A stretch of DNA of 64,000 nt from Takakia lepidozioides. Lineage: Eukaryota; Plantae; Bryophyta. The translations under genes were made by a program, and so were the position numbers. Of the stretch, positions 62,586 through 64,000 are shown in pieces (position 1 is the stretch's first letter; every line of letters begins with the position of its first letter). The DNA lies in NCBI GenBank assembly GCA_030704615.1, contig CM060732.1, positions 71,672,001-71,736,000 of the forward strand, written 5' to 3'. The notes below the pieces were generated by a model that worked only from the letters and a program-made list of their open reading frames with translations, made no database searches and was not told the DNA's origin.

Positions 62586-63954
62586 TCATGAGACACCATT
62601 AGTGGCTGGTTTGTCCAGGGTCAACACATAGGAATCGTAGTTCCAAGCCTTGACCTCCTCAATAAATTTCTTCAGGTTCCTCGGCACTGACCCTCCCTCT
62701 TCCACTGCTGCTGTGGCCAATTCTTTCAGCCTCTCAACATGGATTTTAGCATTCTTCCCCTCAGGACCCTCCATCAGACACCTCACAGCCCTCTCAACCT
62801 CCTCCTTTCCAACAGACTTATCTGGCCTCTTGAACACCTCAACGGCAACCTTCAGGTCATCCACAAGCATCCTGCAGATGTTGGCATTGCCCACTTTTGT
62901 ACTTTTGACACAAACACAATAGAGGAATATCAAGCCCCAGGTCTGCGTATTTCTAGAAGGTTTGCATTGAGCTGTAGCAAGCTATACCTGGTGCTCGATT
63001 GTGTCAGCCTAGTGGACATCAGGCCCCCCGCAAACCTAAAATAATGTGGCATTTCAAGCAACCAGTAGGTCTAATACAAGATCGAACATAATGACGATCA
63101 CAGGACCATTAGGAATGTAGTATTTCAAATACCTAGAGGGTTCCTTCCTTAGTATAATGTACTACATCCAAAGCTTGTCAAGTTCCTTGTATGTAGAGAG
63201 ACCCTTTTCAAATGCATGTATCCGTAGAGTTCGTAATTCTGCATCCCTCTCTGTCTGAAGCAAGATGAAAATCTGAACATCCTTGTAAACAGAACATCTT
63301 AGAATCAAGCTGTTCTCTCCCACCCTGGGTCCAGATCCGAGAAGGTTGACGAGACAGTTACCCTTCTGCAGAAAAAAGAAGACCTGTAGATAGTGTCTAC
63401 GTCTGGGCGAGTGACTGGACTGGAACAGGGCCTACAAACGAAATGTAAGTAGGGTGCAACAACGTACCTGCGATTCATAAACTGCTCAGCTTGAATGGGC
63501 CATGCAAGCATTGGTACACCTCGGCATATACTCTCCAGCAACGAGTTCCAGCCACAGTGTGTTAGGAAGCCACCAACAGCTGGACTTGAGAGGATCTCCA
63601 GCTGCGGGACCCACCCATTTACCACTAATCCACGCTCCTCTGTGCGTGTTACAAACCCTTGTGGGAGCCAGACCTCTGTAAAGTCTGTCTTGTCACTTCG
63701 GGTGCGGACTACAAAAAGGAAACGCTGCTGGCTTGCCTCCAAACCCAGAGCTAGCTCATGGATTTGATGGATAGGGAGGACAGCAACACTTCCAAAGGAG
63801 ATAAAGAGAACGGAAGATTCAGGCTGTGCATCTAGCCAGTTCAGAGATGGATGTCTTGCTTTCGAGAGTTTCTGTACAGTGTCTGGAGTAGATTTGCTGA
63901 AGTAGGTCGCAGGGAGCATGGACCGACTGGCAGCATGCTCAAAAGACGACCAAC
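62586..63954 (-). CDS. UDP-glycosyltransferase (family 1), last two exons
   Basis: WLDAQPESSVLFISFGS and PSPG box WVPQLEILSSPAVGGFLTHCGWNSLLESICRGVPMLAWPIQAEQ; GT-AG intron 63467-62872 joins NRR to MLVDDLKVAVE...GGS; apparent 1-nt frameshift at ~63920. Confidence 0.88.
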
Positions 63955-64000
63955 CTGCACCTTCAAAGGCTGAGTCACTAGTGACAAGACATAAGAGACA

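Overview
Eukaryotic, intron-bearing, heavily nested transposon cluster from a land plant, probably a non-seed plant (inferred from a PLS-type PPR fragment, a PSPG-box UGT and the element types). Host sequence is limited to a PPR relic at the left edge and the 3' exons of a UDP-glycosyltransferase at the right edge. Between them lie: (i) a full-length non-chromoviral Ty3/gypsy element (3397-16499, TSD GAGAT) inserted into the SWIM end of a MULE transposase relic (element E); (ii) a gypsy integrase-PHD relic; (iii) a second, truncated copy of the first gypsy family, interrupted by an apparently intact 13.6-kb Mutator-like element (element A, 22775-36341, 9-bp TSD CATAGTAAG); (iv) a 16.7-kb long-TIR MULE (element C, 42996-59723) with Ulp1 and SWIM-transposase relics, which contains a broken relative of A (element B) and has been internally rearranged. 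The main candidate for an undescribed system is element A. Besides a 1170-aa GCM-like/DDE/SWIM transposase, it carries an open 9-exon gene for a ~1318-aa ParB/Srx-like plus beta-class amino-methyltransferase-like protein. It also has dozens of copies of a 16-bp palindrome, ATTTCGGCGCCGAAAT, seen only in non-coding DNA (including that gene's introns) and spaced at near-integer helical turns. Related elements in the window use different phased motifs. All domain calls are by eye and need HMM or structure confirmation.
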